This document shows, piece by piece, positions 37,762 to 50,526 of a stretch of DNA of 64,000 nucleotides. The stretch comes from Octopus sinensis. Lineage: Eukaryota. The stretch covers positions 8,742,001 through 8,806,000 of the forward strand of contig NC_043000.1 in assembly GCF_006345805.1 (NCBI RefSeq), given 5' to 3'. A model generated the notes under the pieces. The model did no database searches. It was not told the origin of the DNA and saw only the letters and a list, made by a program, of their open reading frames with translations. Both the position numbers and the translations under genes were made by a program. How positions within the stretch are numbered: the stretch's first letter is position 1; every line of letters begins with the position of its first letter.

Positions 37762-38309
37762 TTTAAGAGGCTCTCGTTACAGACTCGAACTCCTTTTAAT
37801 GCATTTAAGCGAATGGTGCAAAAATTATCCGAATGCATGTATCACGATGGTTTTTAAGTTCTAAAATAAATTAATAAAATTTCTGATACAAGCCCAATGT
37901 GATGTAAGTAGCCGGGTTTAGTCATTGAAATCGATCTTTGATTGGTATTATATTTTTATCGAGCACGGAAAATGAAAAACATATTTGACTTTAGCAGGAT
38001 TTGAACTCAGAGCGGTTCCTATAGCGTACATTTTCTTTTTCTTTGGGAAGTAGTTGCCAGGTTCTCATTCAACTCTTTTCTATTGTGGGAGAGAAAGGGT
38101 GTTGTAGGTGGTCTCCCGCGACACTTTACGAGACTTTATTTATCGGCCCCGAACAGCAAAACTGACCTCTGTAAGAACCCAGAGCGCCGAAAGAAATGCA
38201 GAAAGGTATTCCAATCCGATGCTCTAAAGCTCTACAGGGCCTTTACCTTTACGGAAGCTCGTACTCGTATATAAAAATATCTTTCTAACATAGTCACACA
38301 GACAGAAAT

Positions 38310-39364
38310 TCAGAGGAAGAGGAACAGTCGGTTATATTGACCCCAGTACTTGACTAATGGTTTATTTTATCGACCCCGAGGAATAAATAAAAGAAAAAGG
38401 TTGTCCTAGGTGGGGTTTGAACTGCGGACCTAAAGCATTGCGGCTGAATACTGCAAAGCATTTTGTTCTATAGTCTAACGACCCTGCTGTCCCAACACCC
38501 CCGCATAAAACGAATTGTTTCTAAATTAATTACAAGCCTCGCAATTTTAAATGGGAGTGGGTCAGTCGATATCATCGTCACCAGTTCTTGACTGATACTG
38601 TATTTTTATCGACCCCGAAAGAATGAAAGGCAAAGTCGACTTCAGCGGAATTTGATCTTAAAGTCGGGAAGAATACCGCTTAGTATTTTGTCTGACGAGC
38701 TAACGATTTTGCCAGCTCACCGTCTTAATGATTTTTAACATAGAACAGCCGATTATTTCAATGTCAGTGTTTGACTGGAACTTATTCCACCGACCCCCGT
38801 ACAAATGAAAAGGAAAGTTGACACGGTTTCAAATTGAACTCGGTACTTAAAGTGACGTAACTAAAGGAAACAAAAGATTTTATGATTATCGAATGTCAAT
38901 CCACCAACTCGTATAAATAATCCTTTCTATTATGGGCACAAAACCTGGAATTTTGGGGGAGGGGGTTAGTCGATTACATGGACCCCAGTGCTTAACTGGT
39001 ATCTATTTCATCAAACCCAAAAGGATGAAAGGCAAAGTCGATCCCAGCGAAATTTGAACTCAGATCGTAAAGACGGACGAAAGGCAGCTAAGCATTTTGC
39101 CGAGCGTTGTAACGATTCTGCCGTCTCGCCGCCTTAATAATAATAGTAACCCTTTCTACTAAAGGCTTAAGGCCTGAAATTTTGGGGAAGGAACTAGTCT
39201 ATTACATCGATCCCAGTGTTTCACTGGTACTTAATTTATCGACACCGAAAGGATAAAAGGCAAAGTCGACAACGGCGGCATTTGAACTCAAAACGTAGCA
39301 ACGGGGGAAATACTGTAATGCATTTCGTCCGGCGTGCTGGCGATTCTGCCAGCTCGCCGCCTTA
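38310..39364 (-). mobile_element. Tandem array of ~5 SINE family A copies
   Basis: Repeated GGATGAAAGGCAAAGTCGAC..GAATTTGAACTC units, head-to-tail, separated by AAT-rich tails. Confidence 0.8.
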
Positions 39365-39384
39365 AACTCGTATAAATAATAGAT

Positions 39385-39704
39385 TATGTGTGTTTCTTGG
39401 TCCAGTGTAGAGGCTTGTATGCCCCAGTGCCCCTAAAAGCTGCGCCAGCGGAACGCAATCTACTAGTAGGGATTCTCCCATGCTGGACAGGATCAAAGGG
39501 TAGCGGTCAGACTAATATGCACTATTTCTCCCCAGAGTAAATGGGTCTGCATTGGCCCAACAGCCCGCCCTACCGATAAATAAGCAAAGTTACAGAGGCA
39601 TTGATGACAAACAAACCATCACGACATGGGCGAGGAAAGCCTCCTTTTAGGAAGAGCCCAGAGTCGAATAAAGTGGAGAAAAGTCGTCGATGGCCTATAC
39701 TCCG

Positions 39705-39708
<4 letters not shown>
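39385..39708 (+). mobile_element. Possible bipartite RTE-derived short element (5' UTR + 3' end)
   Basis: GGACAGG.TCAAAGGGTAG..GGTCAGACTAA resembles RTE 5' UTRs, and GTCGATGGCCTATACTCC resembles RTE 3' ends. Confidence 0.4.
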
Positions 39709-39741
<33 letters not shown>

Positions 39742-40177
39742 TGTGTGTGTGCGCGCGTATAGATTAACGTGACGGTGCAAGCGTGAATAAATGACTAGGC
39801 TTTACGAATATGTGAAAATGTGTATTCGATATTTTCAAATATGATGTCGTGTGTGTTTGGTAAAGCATGTTAAAGCTTAAGCGGTCTGAGTTCAAATTTC
39901 ACCAAGATCAATTTCGCTTTCTGTCCTTCTGAATTTGATAAATAGAGTACCAGGCAAGTACTGTGGTCAGACATGGAGAGGGAACGGATCCACTAAGTTT
40001 AGGGTATGATAGACTCTGCGATTGCATCAAGATGTGAGGACGTAAGGTAAGGTGTAAGTGGGTGCGTTGGCGTGTGTAAATGTGATTTTTTACGTGGATT
40101 TAAACTTGTTACGTATGCACAGGGATATGAAGTTATAGGTGTGCATAAATAGATAATTATACATACGTACATTCATG

Positions 40178-40246
<69 letters not shown>

Positions 40247-40424
40247 GTGTGCGTGTATGTGTGTGTATCTGTCAGTATATGAAAACGTGGTTTTTTGCGG
40301 CTCTAAGGGTTTTAAACTCTTATTTCTAGCAGTATAGAAGCTACTCGGCACCCACATTCAAAACTAGTGACAACTGAATTTTTCCTTTTTGGCTTTATAT
40401 TGCTTATAGCTGTCTCCTTTGTTT

Positions 40425-40459
<35 letters not shown>

Positions 40460-40501
40460 ATTTGCATGTATATATATTTATATGTATGTATATATATGTA
40501 T

Positions 40502-40584
<83 letters not shown>

Positions 40585-40902
40585 GTATATATAAGCATAT
40601 ATATGCATATATGTATATATATGTATATATATATACTAAGCAATAAGGGTTTAGCAACGAGTTGCCTTACCACATACCGAATTTAGAAATAGCAGTCAAA
40701 GGGTTATAGCTATTTCTTCTACTAAAAAGGGAGATCTCAGTAAAAACAGCATTACTTGGTGTAATTGATAATTTTTCCAAATTAATTAATTTCACCCTTC
40801 ATTATTATGTATATATATATATGTATATATATATGTATATATATATAAGTTTATAAATGTAATTATATATATATATAGGCATATATACATGTATATATAT
40901 AT

Positions 40903-40951
<49 letters not shown>

Positions 40952-41020
40952 CATATATATATATATGTGTGTGTATGTGTTTGTATTATATATGTATATG
41001 TGTGTGCTTGTTCATGTATT

Positions 41021-41075
<55 letters not shown>

Positions 41076-42089
41076 ATATGTATATATAAATGCCGTTAAT
41101 AATAATGAATACTACAGCCGCCACCCACGAGTATGACATGGTAGTATGTACCATACGTTTTCTGAATATTCTTGGTGTCTGTAGTTGTGAGCCGATATAG
41201 GCACCTTCTCGACCCTTCCATCCTTGAGCCATCAGAATATGCTGGATGTGATGGTTGGAAGGGGATATATCTGTACTTGCACTAACTTGGTACTCATTTC
41301 AGCTAGCTAGACTTGAACACAACAAAATAAAATACGTTGCTCATGCACCCGCCTGAGCCAGGAATCGAACTCGGTCTTCACCTTAACCTCTCAGCCACGC
41401 ATTACAATGACAAAATAAATTTCTTATAAATATTTGTTACATTTGAATGAATGTGAAAATGTTAGCGTGTAAACTGCTCTTGTTTATATGTGTGTATACA
41501 TTTCAGTCTATAAATGTGTCATAATAAATACTGCGTGAGTGTTTATAATCGATGAGAAAATCAATGAAATGAGAGAGCATCTACGGAGTCGATTCAAATG
41601 CTAGATATAACAGCTAAATCTACATGGAAAACAACGTAGTACAGTGGATAACGCGGTTCTAGGTACAGCAGGGCTGAAAAAGAAGTTACGAGGAAAGGTA
41701 CAGTTGGAATGACCGTTGAACTGTCTCCTCAATCAGGGTTGACCAGCAGCTAAACAACAACAACCACAACAACAACAACAATCAACAATAAGTACATTCA
41801 ACAACCAGGATGTTAAGTCCGAACGAGTAAACTTTTGTGTGTATAAATTAGTGTAAAAAAATGACTAAGTCGTATTTAGCGGTTTACAAGACGCATCGCA
41901 ATTTGAGGATCCCTTTCCCTGGACCACCTTTGCCAGTAACACCAAGACACTGAGTTTTGGGGTTTTTAGAACCCAGGCTAAATTTCTGGAGCCCTTTTGT
42001 ATGTGGATGTGAGTGTGTGTAGATAGAAGAGAAGGAAGAGGAGGAGGGGTAAAGTGCGTTTTATATTCCATCAAATTCAATATTTTTGT

Positions 42090-43355
42090 ATTATCATTTG
42101 TTTTCAGCTTTTCAATCAATGGATTGCCGTCATGCTGGAGCACCAACTTTAAGACTTTTTTTGTCGAACAAATCTACATCAGGCTTTTTGCAAACCACTA
42201 AATTTCGACGACGTAAATAAACCAACACCAGTTTATTTGTTTATTTATTTGTTCATGTGTCTGCAAACGTATATGTATGTTTTATATATACAACGGGCTT
42301 CTTTTTGTTTCCGTCTACTAAATCCTCTTACAAGATTTTACTCGGTACGTATAGCAGAAGACACTGGCCCTAGATGCCACGCAGTCGGTATGAACCCGGA
42401 ACTATGTCTTACCACGCAACCACATCTGTGTATCTGTCCGTAAGTGTGAATATGTGTTTGTGTTCAGATATGACTTTTTTTCTCTTTTTTCTTTTTTTTT
42501 TTTTTGGAAATTACTGCACATGGAACTTAAGAAAATATATTTTACTTACCTATACAAAGTTGCAACATCACCAAACATAACTCTTTGCTTCTTATCATCA
42601 TGTGTGTTTGTAAAATATATATGAATTATATATATGTATATATATGTATATAAATATATGGAAAGATTTAAATGTACATATATTTATGTATACATATATG
42701 TATATATAAATATCTCTATATATTTGTCTCTGTCTCTTCCTCTTTCTCCGTGTTTCTCTCTGTCTCTCCTTCCGCTTTATGTATTATTTTGTTTCACTGG
42801 AAGTTTGTTCCTTGCTTGATTTTGCGTATAGTTTCTTGAAAAGTTGGCAGCTGAACGAAAAAATGTCTCACTTAGAAGTTCTCTGTGAAGAAAATAGCGA
42901 ATATATACGTTTATATGCAGACACCTGTGTATATGTGCATGTCTATATACACGCACTCAAAGACATACATGCGCATACACCCACCCACCCACACACCTAC
43001 TCGCGCATGCATACAGTCACACACACACAAAACAAACACATACACATACAATGAGCGCGCGTGTGTATATCGATGTGTGTGCACGTATATATACGGACAG
43101 TAAGACACACACCAACGCAATAGAGGTACACCTTAATTAATTTTTAGCGACGTGAACGTAAATCGGGATAAGTGAAGATATATGAACAACTCTTTAACGG
43201 TCCATGGGGCTGCGACAGAAGGAATTTAGAAAGGGAATAAAACTGTAAGAAGAATTCAGTACCAAAAAATATTATAGGAATATCTTATTTCGTAAGTTTA
43301 TAATAATTCTCCATGATCATACAAATATTCACACAAACACACATGCATGCATACA

Positions 43356-43389
<34 letters not shown>

Positions 43390-43411
43390 CATACACACAC
43401 ATATATATATA

Positions 43412-43466
<55 letters not shown>

Positions 43467-43729
43467 CGTGTGTGTTTGTGTGTGTGTGAACGAATGCATT
43501 TATATGTGTATATTTGCATGTGCGTTAATAAATATATCTTGTTTTTACATATAGGACATTTATCTATATATATACACACACACATGTATATATACATGCA
43601 TACATGAATACATATTCATATGTGCGTGTGTATATGTGTGGGCATTTGTCTGTCACTCTCTAAATATGTATGTATACATATACCTATACATACATATACC
43701 TATACATATATATATATACATATATACAT

Positions 43730-43786
<57 letters not shown>

Positions 43787-44215
43787 TATACATATCTTTT
43801 ATCTTTTTCTTCTTTTACTCACTGAACTCCTACCATCCTGTAATTCCCTTACCGAAGCGTTTTAGTAGAACGAATCGATCCCAGGGCTTATTTTTAAAAT
43901 CTGGCACACTCGTTCTATCGATCTTTTATCGAAGCGCTACGTTAGAGAGACAGAAATAAATAATGGTTGTCAAGCAGTGATGAGTCACAAACACAGACAC
44001 AAACACGCATTGATAAATAATATATGTATATATGCATATACATACATACGTAAATGTGTGTGTGTAGAAAACGAGCTTCTTTTAGTTTCCGTCTATCAAG
44101 TTCACTCCTAAGACTTCGGTCAGACCGGGGCTACGGTAGAAAGCCCTTGCCAAGGTGCCACACGTGCTTGCGAAACCAAACTTTTTACAACACAGATTCT
44201 TACATGCCTGCGCCT
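42090..44215 (-). mobile_element. Diverged SINE B/C pieces among microsatellites (42090-42425, 43815-44215)
   Basis: Head and tail consensus segments. Confidence 0.6.
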
Positions 44216-44292
44216 ACATATCATGTATGTATAATAATTTTTTATGTATATATGTGTGTGTGCATGTGTATGCATAAGCGTCAGTGTGTGTG

Positions 44293-44323
<31 letters not shown>

Positions 44324-44976
44324 TTGTGTGTGTTTGGGTGCATTTATGTAAATAAATGCCTCTCGCCCTACAAAGCGAAGTTATATGTAAACCGATTAAT
44401 TGCATACCTGTAAGGTGTTTATGGTCTACAAAACATCATAAAGAACGGATGTGTATATATATCTATATATGTGTGTAAGTGTATGTATATATGTGTGTAG
44501 GTATGTTTTTATATCTGTCTGTCTGTCGGTCTTATGTATGTATGTATGTATGTATGTTTGTATGTATGTATGGAGTTATGTATTGTGTATATGTGTGCGT
44601 GTGAGTGCCTGCTAGCGTGCATATATAGATGGAAGATAGAGAAAGAGAAAGTGAGAAAGAGAGAGAGAGACTGCGTGTGTGTAACTGTTTATGTATGTAT
44701 ATGACTATCTATGTTTGTGTATTATTATTCAATATCGGGATGAGCATGTATATATATGTGTGCGTGTGTCTGTGTGCGTGAACGTATACATGTATTTATA
44801 TGTATATATATATATATATATATCACAATCTGCAATTCGTACCTGTTTGAGCGTTGTTCAGGTATGTGTGTGTCAATTAACGATTATACATATGTATCTG
44901 AAAGTGTGCGTGCTTGTGTGAGTATATGTGTGTTTGTATTCATGTGCGTATATATGTACGTGTGTGCGCGTGTGTA

Positions 44977-45030
<54 letters not shown>

Positions 45031-45494
45031 CTTTTTTCTGTATGCTTACTTTAATTAAAGGGGTGCGGGTGTGCTGTGCGCGTCAACTTCCCTCTCTTCT
45101 GAAAGTTATTCGTCTTATACTCAGCATATATAGCAGCTCACCTGCAGATTTGTAGGCGGGTTCTAAGCCATTCCAACAAGCAAACAAATAAATAAATAAA
45201 TAAAAAATAAGTAAAGACATAAAAAAACATACATACGTACATGTACATTCATACGCATGTACGCACACCTCCATACATATGTATATACGTGCATACGTAC
45301 ACACGCCCATCCAATTGTTCAAATATACGTTTGCTTGTGTGTGTGCGTGCGTGTAGGTCTGTGCGTGCGTGTGTGTGTGTGTGTGTGTGTGTGTATGCGC
45401 GCGCGTGCTGGTGCCTGAGTGTGTGGGGGTGTATGTATATATATATATATGTGTGTGTGTGTGCATTTATATATATATATACATATATATTTAC

Positions 45495-45533
<39 letters not shown>

Positions 45534-46027
45534 TGTATGTATATATATATATATATATTATTTATATATGATATATGTATATATAGATGCACACAAATTC
45601 AAACATATCCACTCAGGCATGTATACATTCCAATATACGCCGGCACTTTGACAATACGTGCACACATACACACGTGCGCGCACACACACACAATACACAC
45701 ACGAACATATACGTATGTACATGTATGTATATATAAATAAATGGATGTAAATAAATAAACATATATACATACATTTATAAATATATATATATATATACAT
45801 ACCTATATACATACATACATGCATACACACAAACAGAATGCCGCACACACATTCATCCATACAAACTCACGCGCAAGCGATTCCACTGACGAATATGCGC
45901 TTTCCGTAAACGAAGCCTCGTTCTCACGTGCGCACAACCGAACGTCGTTTGACGCGAGTTTATCAGCTGAAACCACACCTGATAAATCTTCAAACTTCAA
46001 AACTCTTCCTGATTGGAACTACTTACT

Positions 46028-46040
46028 GTGATGATGATGG

Positions 46041-46092
<52 letters not shown>

Positions 46093-46401
46093 ATGGTGAT
46101 GATGGTGATGATGGTGATGATGACGACGACGAAGAAGACCGCAGTGACGATGGTGATGGTAAAGATGAGGATGTTGATGATGATGATGATGAGGAGAAGG
46201 AAGGTGGAAGGGGTGGAGGGTGATTGTAATAGTGATGCCACTGCTGATGGTGTTGACGGTATCGATGACGAACATCATCATCATCATCATCATCATCATG
46301 TAACAGATGAACAGTTTTTTTTTCTCTGTCTATTCTTTCTTCGTTTGTGAACAATAAACAAAACATGTTCCCTCATTTACGCACCTGCGGCTAATAAAAG
46401 G

Positions 46402-46494
<93 letters not shown>

Positions 46495-46500
46495 CATCAT
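46028..46500. repeat. (GAT)n/(CAT)n/(ATT)n trinucleotide microsatellites
   Basis: Directly visible. Confidence 0.9.
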
Positions 46501-46504
46501 CATT

Positions 46505-47148
46505 AAGGTGTGAGTTGGCAGAAACGTTAGCACGCCGGGCGAAATGCTTAGCGGTATTTCGTCTGCCGTTACGTTCTGAGTTCAAATTCCGCCGAGGTCG
46601 ACCTTGCCTTTCATCCTTTCGGGGTCGATTAAATAAGTGCCAGTTACGCACTGGGGATCGATACAATCGACTTAATCTGTTTGTCTGTCCTTGTTTGTCC
46701 TCTCTGTGTTTGGCTCCTTGTGGGTAGTAAAGAAATATGTATTCCGTCTGTCTTTACGTTCTGAGTTCAAATTCCGCCGAGGTCGACTTTGCCTTCCATC
46801 CTTTTGGGGTCGATAAATTAAGTATCATTGAAGCACTGGAGTTGATGTAAACGACTGTCCCCTCCCCGAAAAATTCAGACCTTGTGTCTATAGTAGAAAT
46901 AATAATAATAATGATTATTATTATTATTATTATAAGGCGGTGAGCTGGCAGAATCGTTAGCACGTCGGACACAGTGTTTTGCAGCATTTCGTCTGTCTTT
47001 TAGGTTTTGAGTTCAAATGCTGCCAGGGTCGACTCCGCCTTTCATCCTTTTAGAGTGGATAAAGTATGTATCAGTTGAGCATTGAGATCAATGTTATCGA
47101 CTTACCCCCTGCCCCGAAATTGCTGGTCTTGTGCCAAAATTTGAAATC
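46505..47148 (+). mobile_element. Three head-to-tail SINE family A copies
   Basis: Consensus matches, separated by (AAT/ATT)n tails. Confidence 0.85.
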
Positions 47149-47194
47149 ATTATTATTGTTGTTGTTGTTATTGATGAAGATGATGATGATGATG

Positions 47195-47646
47195 AACTGG
47201 ATGCGGTAGTTCTTGTAGCAGTAATTCCTAAGCTATTACGAGCTAATTTAATTAGTAGGAATGTTAACGTGGAAGTTTGGTGATAACCTGTCCCCTAAAA
47301 TCTTAATAATTTTTCTTGGGATTTTTACAGAATACAAAATGCCACTTTTCTGCAGTTCGACAATGCAAGTTTCAGTTCTGATACCTTTGAGTCTTTTAAG
47401 AAGCATTTTCTGGAATGTGCCAAGACCACTAATTACCACAGCGTAATTATTGCCTTAGACTTCCCCAGTCTCTTCAATTCTCTGGATAGATCCTGATATT
47501 TTCCAATTCTTTTCCATTTCTTTGGTATCGACTCCATTATGATACGGCATTGCAGAGTCTATGATCTTACATTGTTTATTTTGTCCTTTATAATTGTACA
47601 TGGTCTTGCTTCAGTAGTATATCATGCTTCAATAGTATGGCCAATC

Positions 47647-47647
<1 letters not shown>
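47195..47647 (-). mobile_element. R4/Dong-clade LINE 3' remnant (RLE domain end)
   Basis: VVISGLG...ELQKSGILYSVKIPRKI resembles the RLE C-terminus; abuts (AAT)n. Confidence 0.6.
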
Positions 47648-47711
<64 letters not shown>

Positions 47712-47771
47712 CATTATTATTATTAATATTATCTTTATTATTATTATTATTATTATTATATTATTATTATC

Positions 47772-47803
<32 letters not shown>

Positions 47804-47831
47804 CATTATTATATCATCATCATCATTATTA

Positions 47832-47863
<32 letters not shown>

Positions 47864-47962
47864 ATTTTATTATCATCATTATATATTATTATTATTATTA
47901 TTATTATTTCATCATCACTCATCATTATTATTATTATTATTATTTATTATATTATTATTATT

Positions 47963-48009
<47 letters not shown>

Positions 48010-48054
48010 CATTATTATATTATTATTATATTATTATTATCATCATCATCATCA

Positions 48055-48088
<34 letters not shown>

Positions 48089-48171
48089 TATTATTATTAT
48101 TATCATTATTATTATCATCATCATTATTATTATTATTATAATTATTATTATTATCATTATTATTACCATCA

Positions 48172-48217
<46 letters not shown>

Positions 48218-48269
48218 CATCATCATTATTACTATTATTATTATTATTATTATTATTATATTATTATCA

Positions 48270-48300
<31 letters not shown>

Positions 48301-48331
48301 AATTATATTATTATCATTATTATTACCATCA

Positions 48332-48364
<33 letters not shown>

Positions 48365-48585
48365 TATTATTATTATCATCATCATTATTACTATTATTAT
48401 TATTATTATATTATTATTATTATTATCATTATTATTATCATCATATTATTATTAATTATTATCTTATTATTATTATTATTATTATCATTATTATTATTAT
48501 TATTATTATTTATTATTATTATTATCATTATTATTATCATCATCATTATTATTATTATTATTATTATTATATTATTATATTATTA
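47648..48585. repeat. ~940-bp imperfect (ATT)n microsatellite
   Basis: Directly visible, with ATC/ACC interruptions. Confidence 0.95.
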
Positions 48586-50306
48586 GGTGGTGAGCTGGCA
48601 GAATGGTTAGCGGCATTTCGTCCGTCTTTACATTCTCTTCTTCTCTTCTTCTTCTTCTTCTTCTTCTTCTTCTTCTTCTTCTTCTTCTTCTTCTTCTTCT
48701 TCTTTTTCTTCTTCTCATTATTAAGGCGTCGAGCTGGCAGAATCATTAGCACGCTGGGCGAAATGCCCAGCAGTATTTCGTCTGTCGCTACGTTCTGAGT
48801 TCAAATTCAGCCGAGGTCGATTTTGCCTTTCATCCTTTCGGAGTCGATTAAATAAGGACCAGTTACGCACTGGAGTCGATATAATCGACTTAATCCGTTT
48901 GTCTGTCCTTGTTTGTCCTCTCTTAGCCCGTTGTGGGTAGTAAAAAAAAAGGTATTTTGCCCGTCGCTCCGTTCAAATTCCGCCGTAGTCGACTTTGCCT
49001 TTTATCTTTTTGGGGTCATAAATTAAGTACCATCGAAACACTGGGGTCGATGTAATTGACTAGTCCCTTCCACAAATTTTCAGGCCTTATGCCTTTAGTA
49101 GAAAGAATTATTACCTCCGCCTTTGCTAAGGCGAAGGTATTTTTTCCAGTAGTGTTTGTTTGTTTGCTTCTTTGTCCGTGGACAAGATGCCTCCAGAACC
49201 ACTCGATGGATTTGGATGAAACTTTCAGGGATTTTTGGCCTCGTGACTGGCACGAACTGATAGATTTTGGGATCGATCCGGTACCGGACAAGGATTCTGA
49301 ATTATTTGTTATATTTACTTTACTTTACATGAAGTATTACGATCTTACGTTCACTTTTAAGTCTTTCTGTGATTATCTCCCTTGAAAGCACGCTCATGGG
49401 TTCCACGTAAGTTATGGCGATGTTACTGTTTCCAAAGTTTAATTTTCGTTTCTCTATTATTAATTTTACCCACGTCTCTATCTTAGTAGAAACTGTTGAA
49501 TAAAGAAATCAAACTAGATAAACAAACGGCAGCAAAACCGTTCAGAAATTAAATAACACTAACATATTCAGTAACAATAATAAATTCAATCTATTCTCGA
49601 CAATTTTTAGTTTTACCACTCTTGAATATATCGCTCCTGTTTAAAACCTCTTACCTACTTGACAATTGCATTTCTAGCTCTGCCTTAAAGGAAGTTTTAC
49701 TTCTTGGACTCACGCTTTTGTGCGCAACGATGTTGTTAAACCTCCCTTAACAGCACCGTATGCAGGTCCTTTCCGTTGGAATCAATCAGGTACCGGATAA
49801 GAATTCTGGATTATTTTACTGGTAGTTTTTTTACTTAATGTTTGAGAGCGGTCGGGTTCATTTTTAGTATTCTCGTTTGTGAGAGCAGTTGAGTTTATTT
49901 CAGATATTCTCCTTTTAAAAATCATCCCCGACGAATCGTTGAGAAGACGTTGGTGTTGTCTTGACGGAGATTTGTGCTCCCTGTTATTATAATTATAAAA
50001 GCGGCGAGCTGGCAGAATCGTTAGAGCGCCGGGCAAAATGCTTAGTGGCATTTCGTCCGCCTTTACGTCTGAGTTCGAATTCCGCCGAGGTCAACTTTTG
50101 CCTTTCATCCTTTCGGGGTTGATAAATTATGTACCTGTGAAACACGGGGGTCGATGTATTCGAATAGTCCCCTCTCCTAAAAATCCCGGCTTTTAGTAGA
50201 CAAGATTATTATTATGTCGATGAAATAAGTGGTATCAAGTACTGGTGTCGATGTAATCGACTTATCTCCTCCCACAAAACTCAGGCCTTTGCCTATAGCA
50301 GAACGG
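48586..50306 (+). mobile_element. SINE family A copies (48586-49107, 50001-50306) with a Helentron-like MITE start at 49108-49330
   Basis: SINE consensus; ATTACCTCCGCC..GTTTGTTTGTTTG..GGATTTGGATGAAACT..GATCCGGTACC pattern. Confidence 0.7.
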
Positions 50307-50320
50307 ATTATTATTATTAA

Positions 50321-50386
<66 letters not shown>

Positions 50387-50464
50387 CGTTATTATTATTA
50401 TTATTAATATTATTATCATCATTATCATTATCGTTATCGTTATTGTTATTATTCTTATTATTAA

Positions 50465-50525
<61 letters not shown>

Positions 50526-50526
50526 G

